A stretch of DNA of 56,213 bases, the filler included, from Streblomastix strix (lineage: Eukaryota): assembly GCA_008636045.1 (NCBI GenBank). It is 2 parts of 2 records of this genome, joined end to end, with 100 filler letters (N's around TTAATTAATTAA, not from the genome) between each part and the next. Parts side by side here need not be neighbours in the genome. Positions count along the whole stretch, not along the records: positions 1 to 28,113 come from SNRW01000133.1; positions 28,214 to 56,213 come from SNRW01000134.1. One strand, given 5' to 3'. The notes beneath the pieces are model-generated. The model was not told the DNA's origin, did not search any database, and worked only from the letters and a program-made list of their open reading frames with translations. Positions 20,806 to 32,384 of the stretch are shown in pieces. The number at the start of each line of letters is the position of its first letter. Position 1 is the stretch's first letter. The position numbers and the translations under genes are program-made.

Positions 20806-22240
20806 TTGTGGTCTAAACAAAGAATAATAAAATTATAATTTGAGAAATTTGCAGTTAGATGGAGTTTGCATATACAAATAAATATAAAAAGAAATTGTAA
20901 TTTGGGATAAAATCAAAATTTTGTTGTCAAAATTATTCCAAACAAAGATATTGTTAAATTATTTGTTATTCTCCATAAATTATTATTTGATTTATGTATA
21001 AATGAGTTTTTGTGTCTTTGACGTCATTTATATTTATGTAAAAAGCATGAAACCAAGCTATTATACATTGTATAAATATGTAAATATCAATAAAAAAGCA
21101 TTACACATGTTCAATTGTCGGATTTCTGAAAAAAATGCAAATAAAAAAACAAAATGATATATATTGAATAAATTTTTGAAAAATTGTTAATAAAATAAGT
21201 GTTAAATAAAATAATATACCAAATGTATGGACTTATGTTCATATAAAACATGTAACGTCGAAATATTCAATCTATTGCATTTTTTCAAATGTTATTCGAA
21301 TTGTTCAGGTTAATCTACAGCAAATAGAAAATATTAATACATAAATAAAGTTTATAATAACTAGAATTGTATAAATAATTCATTTCAGACCTTTTTAAAG
21401 TATTTATTGGCTTCAAACAAACATTTTTGTTTTAAATTTCCTGTGCACGGCACGCACTTTATTCATACCCAAATCACTCATAAATATTGTTTTATATTAT
21501 CAAATAAAATAGTTTAATATATCAAGTTTACTTATTAACTACCACTATGTTTGTTTACACCTAAGCCAAATAAAAAATTTGAAATTAAAAAATTTCACGA
21601 TGGAGGAATGTTTTTCTTAAAAGTTTTATTTAATTATAAGACATATTGATTTTTTATACTTATTTCTTTAGAATCCGAATTTACTTAAGTATTAAAAAAA
21701 AGTTTTTCATTTCACTTTTTTTCAATAAAGAGAGTTATATAAAAGCAGCTTAATATATAGTATTGATTAATTTTATAATTATACGTATTTTATCTCAATA
21801 AATACTAATTTCTACAATACAAAAATAAGCAAATTTTGGAGTGTAAATTTCTTATCACATGACACAATAACAACTTGTTTGTTAATTCGTCGTTTTAAGC
21901 AATAACATTTTATAATATTTTATTTATAATTTTTGTATTATTTAATGCATGAAACATGAAAGAAAGTAAAAAGAAATTTTACAAATATCTGCACTTTAAT
22001 ATTGCTAAATATTATTCTCATAATATTTATATGTAATTGTTCATACAAATTTATAAATTTCAATAAATTTTACTATACATTTACCGATTAATTCCATTAC
22101 TATTTTATTTATCTTAAACCAAGATTATCTCTTGCAATATGATACATTTATATTTTTAATATTGTTTTTTCTAAATATTGTGCATATAGGATTTGCATGA
22201 AATTGAAACTGCGCGTACAGGGAGATCGCTGACTCTTTCC

Positions 22241-24112
22241 ATGAGCTCCACATAAAGACAACGAATAGCGAACGACATTATTTAATTCATTTAAATACTT
22301 GAAGATGGCACTGATGAAGAGCGCATGGATGTTTTGCAAAAGTTACTTGTGTTTCCCAAAATATGTTTGAACAATATAATATTTTATTTCAACTTCACAT
22401 TAATATATTTCAGTCATTGGCAAGTCAAATTCATAAATCAAATCAACACTCCTCGAAGTGATTGTGCTTAACTACTAAAGAGGAGACAACGAAACAAAGA
22501 GGATTTGTGCAGCCATTCTGAATGGTGTTGGAAATGATACTAATCCAATTCCTCAATTGACGCAGAGTTTCATTCATGGTCTTATATTAAACATTTCTGT
22601 ATGATTCATTATTCAATTAGTTTATTTATTTAATTTATTATTTATTTATTATTCAAATTAGTCTCCAGATATCCTCCTTAGTCAGAAAGCAGCATCATCA
22701 CTGGTCAAAGTCATTGAAGAAACTGAGTCTGAATTAATAAAGGGACAAATAGCGAGAATTACTTTTGAATGGATCACAAACACAGTGAAGATGTATTCGC
22801 CATTGGTTAAAGGAGACATCCCAAAGAATAAGATAATAGGAGCTATTAATGTAGCCACCAGTGGAGTTAAATTAGGATTTGACGTATTTGTGACATATGA
22901 AGTGTATGAGATAATAAGGAAGCTTAGTGATAGTAATGATGAGTACATATCAGATTCAGCTACACTGTTCATCAAGAACTGGCAGAGGAGGAATCTTCCA
23001 GTTCCAACTGTGTATGATGAGACAGCCAGAGACTTTGATAGGATTCATGATGTTGAATAGAAAGCAAAGATTTTGAGTGATGAGCGAAAGACTGCATAAA
23101 AAGAAAGGAAGGAAGCCATTGAAGAGAAGAAGAAGTCTATTGAGGAGAAGAAAGAAGTTGAAGATCAGAAGAAGAAAATTGAGAAAGAGAAAAGTGCAAT
23201 TGAGAAGGAAAAGAAGATTATTGAACAATAAAAGAAGGATCTCGAAGAAGAAAATCAGAAACTTGTGGAAAGAAACAGAATATTGGAGACTCAACTCATT
23301 GAAAAGGAACACTTCCTTAAATTCTTCGATCAGATGTCTGTAGATCTGAGAAAGTAAGAAGAAGGATCAGATGAGAACAGATAAATAATAAGGAAAAGAA
23401 AAGATGATATCTGTGATGTTATACTGAAGATGTTTCATAATCAGTAGAATGAACAAGGGAAGCAATACATGGTTGATTCAGGAGTAGCATCTGGAATACT
23501 TCATCTCATTGGAACACTTCAATTGGAGTAAGTAACAGAAGCGCACATTCATTCGCTCTTTGTGCTGTCACATGCATCAAGTCCTGATATAAGAGTGAAG
23601 ATATTTGAGATGGGTCCTTATCCAGACCTCCTCTACATCCTCAAACACCCAAAGAAGAATGTGGCTCAGTTGGCAATGCAGACAATCAATAACATCATGT
23701 TGACTGGGAAGAGTAAAACTAAAGAAGGGAAACAACCTGATCATTTAGCATCAATGTAAGGATGCGATGGAGCAAACAAGATATTCGAGTTCTACAAAAG
23801 GAATCTGAATAAGAAATGCAATGATATTGCATCACTGACTATTGGGGATCTGTTTAGAGATAAGGAAATACCTAAACTGATGAGAGAAGATATAATCACA
23901 CACATCAAATCACTGGTTAACGATGAAGACAAGCTGATTAGAGATGATTCAAAGATTATTTTGAGGAAACTTGCTAAGAACAAAAGTATGAAAAATTATA
24001 TATTGGATATAAAATTATATAAATTCATGTTCCTTTATCATTTATTTTATTTTTACTTTTATTAGAGAGCAAAAAAGTGATAGAAAAGGATGGATTCGTC
24101 ATTCCTGAGTGA
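22241..24112 (+). CDS. Coiled-coil plus ARM-like helical repeat protein (lineage-expanded family)
   Basis: Open with TAR=Gln across introns 22365-22413, ~22599-22661 and 23986-24065. Heptad E/K coiled coil ~23060-23300, then module C..I..MF.N...G....I.....PYP.LL..L.H....V...A...INNI...G..KIF....N.....A..TIG.LF..KEI, ending VIEKDGFVIPE*. An in-frame acceptor at 22189 suggests a possible further 5' exon. Confidence 0.8.
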
Positions 24113-24691
24113 TTTAGCAAGAAAGATAATCACATCATATGTATTAGAGCGTATTAAAAGTGTAGATTATTTATTGCAAAACATCAACTCTGTAAATTTT
24201 GTTAAAGTCATATCAAACAAATTTAACAACAAGTATAAATAAAGAAGAGTTATAAATTTTACTTTAGTATGTATTCGGATCTTATTTCAGTTTTTTGATT
24301 TTTTTTTATCTTATTGCACATAATCTCACAAGTTTAATTTGGTTTATGCAATTTTCTTAACTTATCATATATAGACAATATAGCTATTCTATTTACAACA
24401 TTTTTCATTAAACAATAACCTCAAGATACACTTAAAAATTTTTATTAGATAAAAACTCTTTTTAAATGTCATACATTAATTACAATTAAAAATATGTTGT
24501 ATTATTCATTACACAATTACAATTCTAACCAATTATAATTAAATTTATGCATAATTTAATCTTGTACTAACAAACTGAGACACATTTTAAAAATAATTTT
24601 TTTTATTAAATATCCATTTTAATATTTATTAACCTCATTTTCTATTTATTATATTTTGAATATTATTTATGTTTACATAAAATAGAGTAAT

Positions 24692-26624
24692 ATGATACAG
24701 AAAAAGCTTTAATAATCAGGAGGAAACCATACTCTTTAAAAATCATTTACTTCACATTCAATTAGGAAATAATCATCAATTATTAGTTTGTAAAAACCTT
24801 AACCAGAGAAATTTTCTAGTTAATCACATAAAAGAACTTATTCACTTCCTTATTTGCAACCACTTTAACCACCAGTTGAATAATCTTCATTAATTGACTT
24901 CGAAGAAATTGTCTAACTATTGAATCAACCGTTGAATGATCTGGATAAAAATAAGAAAAAAATGGAGAAAAAATAAGAAAGTAAATGCAAAGAACTTATA
25001 TTATTATTTGAGAATAAATTAGATGATGAATAACGAAAACTTGCGGTTGAAGCTGGAATTTCTGATGCACTACTTAAAATTGTACCATCCCGAAATTGTT
25101 CTACGTTTATTCATGCATTCTATGTACTTACATATCCTTGTAGTAATGAAATAAGATTATAAATATATAATAAGAATCCATATCCAGTACTTCTCAATCT
25201 TCTATAAAATAAGAATATTAATATAGTTCAAGATTCAATAACATCAATAAACAACATTCTTGCAGCTGGATTCAATACAACTCCATCTACATCTGTTCAT
25301 CCTCATTTTGAATCAATATCTGATATCAAAGGAATTGAGAAATTATTTAGTCTTTTTATGAGAAATGTGAGTGAACGCACTAAATATTTATCTGGATTCT
25401 GCCTTGGATCCATATTCCGTAATCGTGAAATTATTGATCCTGAAATGAAGAAATAATTAATGAGTTACATTTATCCACTCATTAATAGTAATGATACTTT
25501 AACTTAGAATTCAGCAAAAAAGGTGTTTAAAGGGCTTATTTTGAATAAAAGTATGATTGAATTATGAAATTATAATATTCATTATTACTAATTTTCCATA
25601 TAATATATTTTATTTGTTTATTCTAAATTCGTGATCAAATACAATTACTAGAAAATTAGGACTATATAATTAAGAATATTCAACTTAATGATATTACAAA
25701 TTAATTCACAAAAATATTTGATGTAACTGAAGAATGGTAAGAAAAGTTCCAATCAGAATTAGAGAACAAATGTGAAATACTTATAACAATGTGCGAATAA
25801 CGAAAAGACGATTAACTCCGAAGATTGATAATAAATGCAAAAATAGCTGAAACTCTTCTTTAAATATTTTAATCTTTAGAACTTAATAAAATATCTCGTA
25901 AATTCTCCTAAGTTTTCTATATTCTTACATCTCCTGCAGGTGATCAAATCGAAATGATGATTTCTTAATAAAAGAATATATTTAATGGACTACTAAGATT
26001 ATTTGATCATTAAAACATAGAAATAGTTTAAGATGCCATTGGATCTGTTATTAATATTCTTCTTGGATGTTCACATTATTAATAATCTTCTTCTTCTACT
26101 TGTCTTCACCATCCACATTATGATATTCTGGTTTCACTATAATTTCCAGTGATTATTTAATGTTCTTTATCAAAATCAGGTTCTTAATCATCCATAGAAT
26201 TATAATCTTCAAAATCTGACTAAGAAATAAAACTTAAAGAAGAATAAAATTATTGTTGCAATGGTATTGAGAAAATATATCAATTATTCATTGATAATAA
26301 AGATGTATATACAAAAGACACAGCTGCAATTTGCATTGGAAAACTCTATAAATCACAAATAATAGAAAACGCTGAAATGAGAAAGTAGATAATTATGCAT
26401 ATAGTTATTCTATCGAGGAGAACTGATGGTTGGTCAGCTAATGCAAAGTCTATTCTCGTTGATTTAGCTTTGAATCCAAGTATAGTTCATTTTAGAATAT
26501 AAACATCTAAAATTAATAATTATTGAGATAATTTTTCACTTATTTGTAATTTTCCTTTTGTTTTTACATTTATTCAGTAAACAAGGCAGAGATCGAGAAG
26601 AACTGATTCACAATCTCATAGTGA
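24692..26624 (+). CDS. Protein with two tandem ARM-like modules, paralogous to the 22241 gene
   Basis: ATG 24692; introns 25551-25651 and 26480-26577; two copies of the module (…HPHFE…GIEKLF… and …HPHYD…GIEKIY…AAICIG.LYK…). First TGA 26604-26606; family-aligned stop TGA 26622-26624. Confidence 0.82.
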
Positions 26625-27073
26625 GTAATTGAGCAAATGAATTTTTTTACCTTTTCCAAAGAGCATAAATTTTCTATCTTTTTAATTAAACGTTTTTCAG
26701 CAATTTGTTTTTGATTCAATAAAATAATATGTGTAATATTTATTTATATCAAAATTTAATCAATTGAAACAATTTAAATCATTTAAAGACTGGTAAATTA
26801 TTTTTTTCAATAAATTGCTTTTAATTTTGTATACAATGTCCCAATTTCAATATTTATATATTTTATTTAAAGTATTTTGAATTTGATATTAAATTTTATA
26901 AAAATAATTTGATTATTATTACTATTTAACTATTTAAAATTTCATCAAATTATTTAAGTTGTAAATCGCAAATATTTGCATAAATATTAATATAAATTAA
27001 ATTTAAATTTAAAAAAATATAGATTTAAAAATATTTTGCATATATTTTTTATTAAATTTTTGTTTATGCAGGG

Positions 27074-28113
27074 ATGGATCCTTTAGAACGTCACAAATCT
27101 AGATACAAGGAAAACAATTCTCCACCTCACCACCTCAACAGCCATCAGAATACTTTAGCAACTCCAATACGAAATACAAGCAAAAATCCAACCTTCACTT
27201 AAACATAACCAATAAACCATAATCGCTAAGGATCACCTTCAAAGTCTTATTTCAGTGTATATGACCGCAGTACTATGAAATAAGAGGTTAAAGAAATTCA
27301 GAGAAATGTTCGAGAATTAATATTGCGAATTAACCAAGCTGATCTTCGAGATCTATAGTTAAGTCGTCTTGTAAAAAGTTAATCAATGATTGGCAGGAAT
27401 ATGAAAGATAATACAAAAGTATAATTCTCCAGTTTTAATAAAAGTACTCCAAAACTCGATAAGAATAAATACAATGTAAGCGAAATGGTAAAAAGATCAA
27501 AGAGTGAAAGATGATAAGTTAAACCATAGAATATATAACATAGTATAGCTGAATAGCAATAATATATTCCAGATGAAGAGTAAGGAGAAGTATTTATATA
27601 TTAATAACCAGGATTATCATCTAGAGACATTAACTTAAAAGGATTGATTCAAAAAGTAGATGATATAGATGCATAAATTACAGATATATAATCAATAAGA
27701 CAAGAAGAATAAGAAGCAATGAAACAGAAGGAAATTGAAAGAATGCGGAAACTTCTTGAAGATCTGGATCGTGAGAAGTTATAGACACAACAATTTGAAG
27801 AAATTAAGAAGCGAGTCTCAGATGATGAACTTATAGAAAGAAAAGACACAAAATAACTCAAGTACCTAATATATGAAATAATGCGTATTCTTGGCATAGA
27901 TGTATCAAAGAAAGGGAAATAAGGAGTTAACTATACGAATACATCAGATACAGACAGGGTTATTCTCAGTGAGAAGAGGAATGAAACATCCAGAAGTGGA
28001 TCAGCATCATCATAGAGGACACAATAAGTGCAGTTTCATACAAAAGCACCATGGACATCTGAGATTGAATAAGTTACTCATTAGTTGAATGATAAGAATA
28101 AATAAGATAAAAT
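27074..28113 (+). CDS. Hypothetical S/K/E-rich coiled-coil protein, truncated by contig end, one internal TGA
   Basis: MDPLERHKSRYKENNSPP... stays open with TAR=Gln to the gap (~346 codons), except for TGA at 27512-27514; coiled-coil-like IDAQITDIQSIRQEEQEAMKQKEIERMRKLLEDLDREKL. Confidence 0.65.
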
Positions 28114-28213
28114 NNNNNNNNNNNNNNNNNNNNNNNNNNNNNNNNNNNNNNNNNNNNTTAATTAATTAANNNNNNNNNNNNNNNNNNNNNNNNNNNNNNN
28201 NNNNNNNNNNNNN
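28114..28213. other. Artificial contig spacer (44 N + TTAATTAATTAA + 44 N)
   Basis: Exactly 100 bp; TTAATTAATTAA puts TAA in all six frames, as in concatenation linkers; genes on both sides are cut off at it. Confidence 0.93.
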
Positions 28214-28847
28214 ATAATTAATTGATGATGCAAGAAAATACAACCATTTATTTAATGATAATAATAAAATAATGAGTCAAACTTTATTATTTTGATTTAC
28301 CAAGATCGCCATATAAAAAAAGTGCATCAATCAGCTGATCCGTCTTAATAAGACCATTCGGCATTCCCTTAGAAAAGAAAGCAAATGCACTCTACAAGAA
28401 AAATAAAATTTCGAGTAAGTTAAAACAGTAAGAAAAATTTGATAATTCAGTTTATGAAACTAACCTTGAGCTTATTAGCATTGTACTCAAATTTTTTCTA
28501 AAATCCTGACATAAATTCGTATGGATCAATATCTCTTAATAAAGTAACAGAGAAAATATAAAAAAAAATTGTTATGAATAATGTAAATATACCCGTTTCC
28601 ATCTTTGTCGATGGCATTCACGATGCCTTCAATTTTATCTCCCTTAGAAAAGCCAACTTGTTCTAGAAGAGTAACTAATTCATCATGATCAATTGTTCCA
28701 CCTTTATCAAGATCTGCCTATGAGGCGTAATAATCGGTTTTTAAAAAAAAAGCAGTATATCTCGCTGACGAATATTTATAATTATTGATTTCATACTATA
28801 TTAAACAATTCTAATAATTCTTAATCCGATAATTCAATCCTATGCAT
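28214..28847 (-). CDS. Calmodulin/centrin-like EF-hand protein, 3' end missing at contig edge
   Basis: MHRIELSDQELLELFNI|ADLDKGGTIDHDELVTLLEQVG...IVNAIDKDGNG|DIDPYEFMSGF...KLK|SAFAFFSKGMPNGLIKTDQL; two canonical EF loops; GT-AG introns, one with an AAG acceptor. Confidence 0.85.
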
Positions 28848-28984
28848 AATTTATCAATCAGCGAGTTAAAAAAATTTATTTTCTATAAAGCGGAATATTT
28901 TAAGGAACTAATTAATAAAACAAAATCTATAATATAATAATAATAAATTAATTTTGTTAATATGAAAATAAGGTTAGAATATAA

Positions 28985-31900
28985 ATGCTAGCTATTTCTT
29001 TAGCTGTTGTGTTAATCATATCTGCAGCGAATGCAGATATTACAGAGCTGACATAATAAAATTTCTTTCAACATATTGGGAAAGGTGATTGGATGTGTGT
29101 GAATTTATCCACATTTTTTTTATTTTCATTCTTAATTTTTCTTTATTTCTACATTGCCACTTTGGACCCAATGATGACCATTGCATCCTTAGAATTGTAT
29201 GTAATATATTTAAATAGGCAGATTTTATTTTTATTTTCTTATTTTTGTCTAATCATTGACTTTAATTTTTTTTTTTGCTTTCATTTTTATTTGTTGAAAC
29301 AGAGATTTTATGCACAATGGTTTGAAAATACATTAATTGGCAATTTTTAAATTACATTTATTATATAGGTGTTCAAAATGCAAACGTATCGAGCCACTAT
29401 TCGATCAGTTAGCTTAAAACACATCAGGATTTAATTTTGGTGATGTGGATTGTGAAGCACACAAGTTGATATGCCAGGTCAACAAAATTGATAAATATCC
29501 ATAGATTAAATTGATCCGAGGAAGTTTGATGTTATTTCAAAGAATAAAATTGTTTTATTGTATTTTTTATATGTTTTGGATTAGATGTGGCATTTGCCAC
29601 ATTTGAGGGAGATTTCAATGAGAAAGAGATGAGAGAATGGGTTGAGAAGATGACTGGTCCTTCTTTACTTATAGTTGGGGATGAGGAAAAGAAGGATGGA
29701 GGAGATACAGATGAAACAATACAAAGTTCATCTTAACTTCATAATAAGAAATAAAATACTAATTCAAGAATCACAACAGATGAATTCTTGAATTAATTAT
29801 AAGAAATATAAGAAAGATCATCTTTTGTTATGATTTCTTCAGAACCACCATCTTAGAGATATGTATAAACTCCAGATCGAATGTAATAACACAAATCTTT
29901 AATGTCATAGAATCGTAAATCTTTTAAAAATGAAGGAATATAAGATAATGAAGATATAAAAATGTCAATTACTTAATATGAAGAAATTGCAAATGAATAT
30001 TATTCAATTGGTAGTCGCTTTTATTATATTTAATATCCTATGACTAAAGGTCCCATTGAAACATCTACTAATTTAAATGATGGAGAAAAAGAGAAAGAAA
30101 AAGAGAAAGTATTTGATAAATAGAAAATGTTTGATTAAAGAGAATAAATTGATAGAGATACTGGAAATGTTATTTAAAATGCATAAATTGTGCATATGGC
30201 TACAAAATAAACTGAAGAATTAAGAGGTGCATTACATGTATGCAATATATAGACAAAAATAGAATTAGAAAAAAGAAATTTATTTTTGTTATATGCAACA
30301 ATTAAATCTAATTTTTGTATCTCAATTTCATAATAATTTTATTTATTATATTTCATTAGGACCTACATATAGAGAAAGTATTAGAATAACTTGGTATGAG
30401 TAGAGAAGAAATGATTGCATTTAAAGAGATATCTTGGTCAGCAAAAGAAGAACTCAGAATTATGCGATAATAAAGTATGGATAGAATGAGAGCTCCATTC
30501 TCAGATGAAGATAGAGATAATAAATGGGAAATAATATAAAAGATTTTAGATAAGAATAAAGATAAATAAAATATTGGAGATTAAAATAAAGATAAATAAT
30601 AATAAAAAGAAGAATAAATAATAAATGAAAGTTAAATTAAATAAAATTTAAATCAAAAAAGTTCATCAAAATCAGAAACATAATAAGATTAATAATAAAT
30701 ACCAAAATAAATTCCAAATCAGTAATCTAAATCATAATATTCATTTTAATCTAACAGCAAAAGAAAACAATCCTTAATTTAAATTCCTTTAATTATTTTA
30801 TCTTCTTCAAATGGAACAGAATCTATAAGAAGATTTATTAAAAAACATTCGATTCAATAAAATAGTTAAGAAAAATAAATCCATTCATAATCTTAATAAT
30901 AATAAGACTACCCTTCATATTATTCATTTTATGAGGAATTATTTACTCCTCCATTAAAGTATTCAACATATTATCAATTATTATTAATATTTTTTATTTT
31001 ATTAACTATATACTTTTCTAATTTATATATATTTATTTATTCATAATAATAAATTAGAAGTGAATTTGAGTATTGGATTGCATCTCATTAATATCCTCTT
31101 CTTCCTCAATTTAAATATTCAATGAGAAATAAATCTGATTTAAATTAAATGAGAATGTAAGTAATTGGACTTGTAAATGGCACAAATAATGATGAGAATA
31201 AACAGTTTGAATTGATAAATACAATTATTATATATATGTTATTATCATATTAAATTTAATTTATTTATTTTTATTCAGATTTCTTTCAGATTTCCTTTAA
31301 GCTTCAATTCACTTTGAAGATAATGATAAATTATTCTTCGTTATTGCAGATGAATAAGCATTCTCTAATTTCTCAGGATATTATTATATCAATTCTCATC
31401 GAATTCCAGATGTTTTTGTTGTAAGCTGGATAAAACAGTTTGCATTTCTAAATATTCTAATTTTTTATTTATTAATTCATTTTTTTATTTTTTTCATATG
31501 ATAATACTATAATAATTATTATTACTCAGTTTGAATTGGACTATAAACATTGGAAATAATTCATGGAACAAAGATTCAATCATTTCATTTCTTTCAAGTG
31601 TTCTAAATAAGAAAGTATATTTATTTATTTATCAAATTATTTATTTTATATTTAATACTATTTATTATTTATAGATTAGGCCAGGTTCACCATATTAATT
31701 GGATAAAAGTGGAATTAGTAGATTCACAGAGAATCATCCAGTGGTATTAAATGATGATATATATTAAATATATTATATTTATTTATATTTATTCTTTCTT
31801 ATTATTAAATATCTTTATTAAGATAATTGGAATTAGCATTGGTTTATTAATATTTGGAATTGGAATATTAGCTGTATTACTTTTATTGAGATCTGAAGAT

Positions 31901-32290
31901 AGACATTAATAAATAGAAAATATGAGATTAGCAAAAATAAGAGCAGTAGAATAAACAGCATTGAAAGAAGCAGAACTTTATAAATAGAGATTATTATAAG
32001 AGGAAGAAGATGAAGCAGAATTAGCTTAGGATATTGATGAATAAGAATTAGAGAGAGAAATTATATTGAAATTAATGAAGGAGAAGGCAAGAAAAGAAAA
32101 GAAGAAGAAGAAGAAGCAATAATAAAAGAAATCAAATTTAGAAATGAAAGATGAATCTGTTAGAAATGGGAATAATGAGATTTAAGATGAAGATAATCAA
32201 ACTCATTTCAAAGATGGAATAATAGAAAACAAAGAAAGTGGAAATGCAGATAAGATTCAAGAAGATCCTCATTCAGATAAAGTTGAATGA
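28985..32290 (+). CDS. Transmembrane thioredoxin/PDI-family protein (TMX3-like: signal peptide, a domain WCSKC, b/b'-like domains, TM helix, charged tail ending DKVE)
   Basis: MLAISLAVVLIISAANA signal; FYAQW|CSKCKRIEPLF...GDVDCE...KYPQIKLI; TM IIGISIGLLIFGIGILAVLLLL; stop TGA 32288-32290; about 10 introns. Confidence 0.85.
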
Positions 32291-32384
32291 AAATTGATAT
32301 TTGTATATAATAAAATAAGTAAATAAAATTTATTTTTTATTAAACTCTGGTTAAGTAAATGAAGAATGGATATTGAAATGAAAC

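Noticed and set aside
20830..22150. 1.3-kb divergent intergenic region with a small GC-rich patch (~21440-21460)
   Set aside because: No convincing ORF, tRNA fold, terminal repeats or array periodicity found by eye.
23077..23343. Protamine-like R/K-rich ORF in the track
   Set aside because: It is an alternative frame of the E/K heptad coiled coil in the ARM-like gene.
29165..29260. ATGATGA C-box-like motif in the TMX intron (possible C/D snoRNA)
   Set aside because: No CTGA D box or terminal stem downstream.
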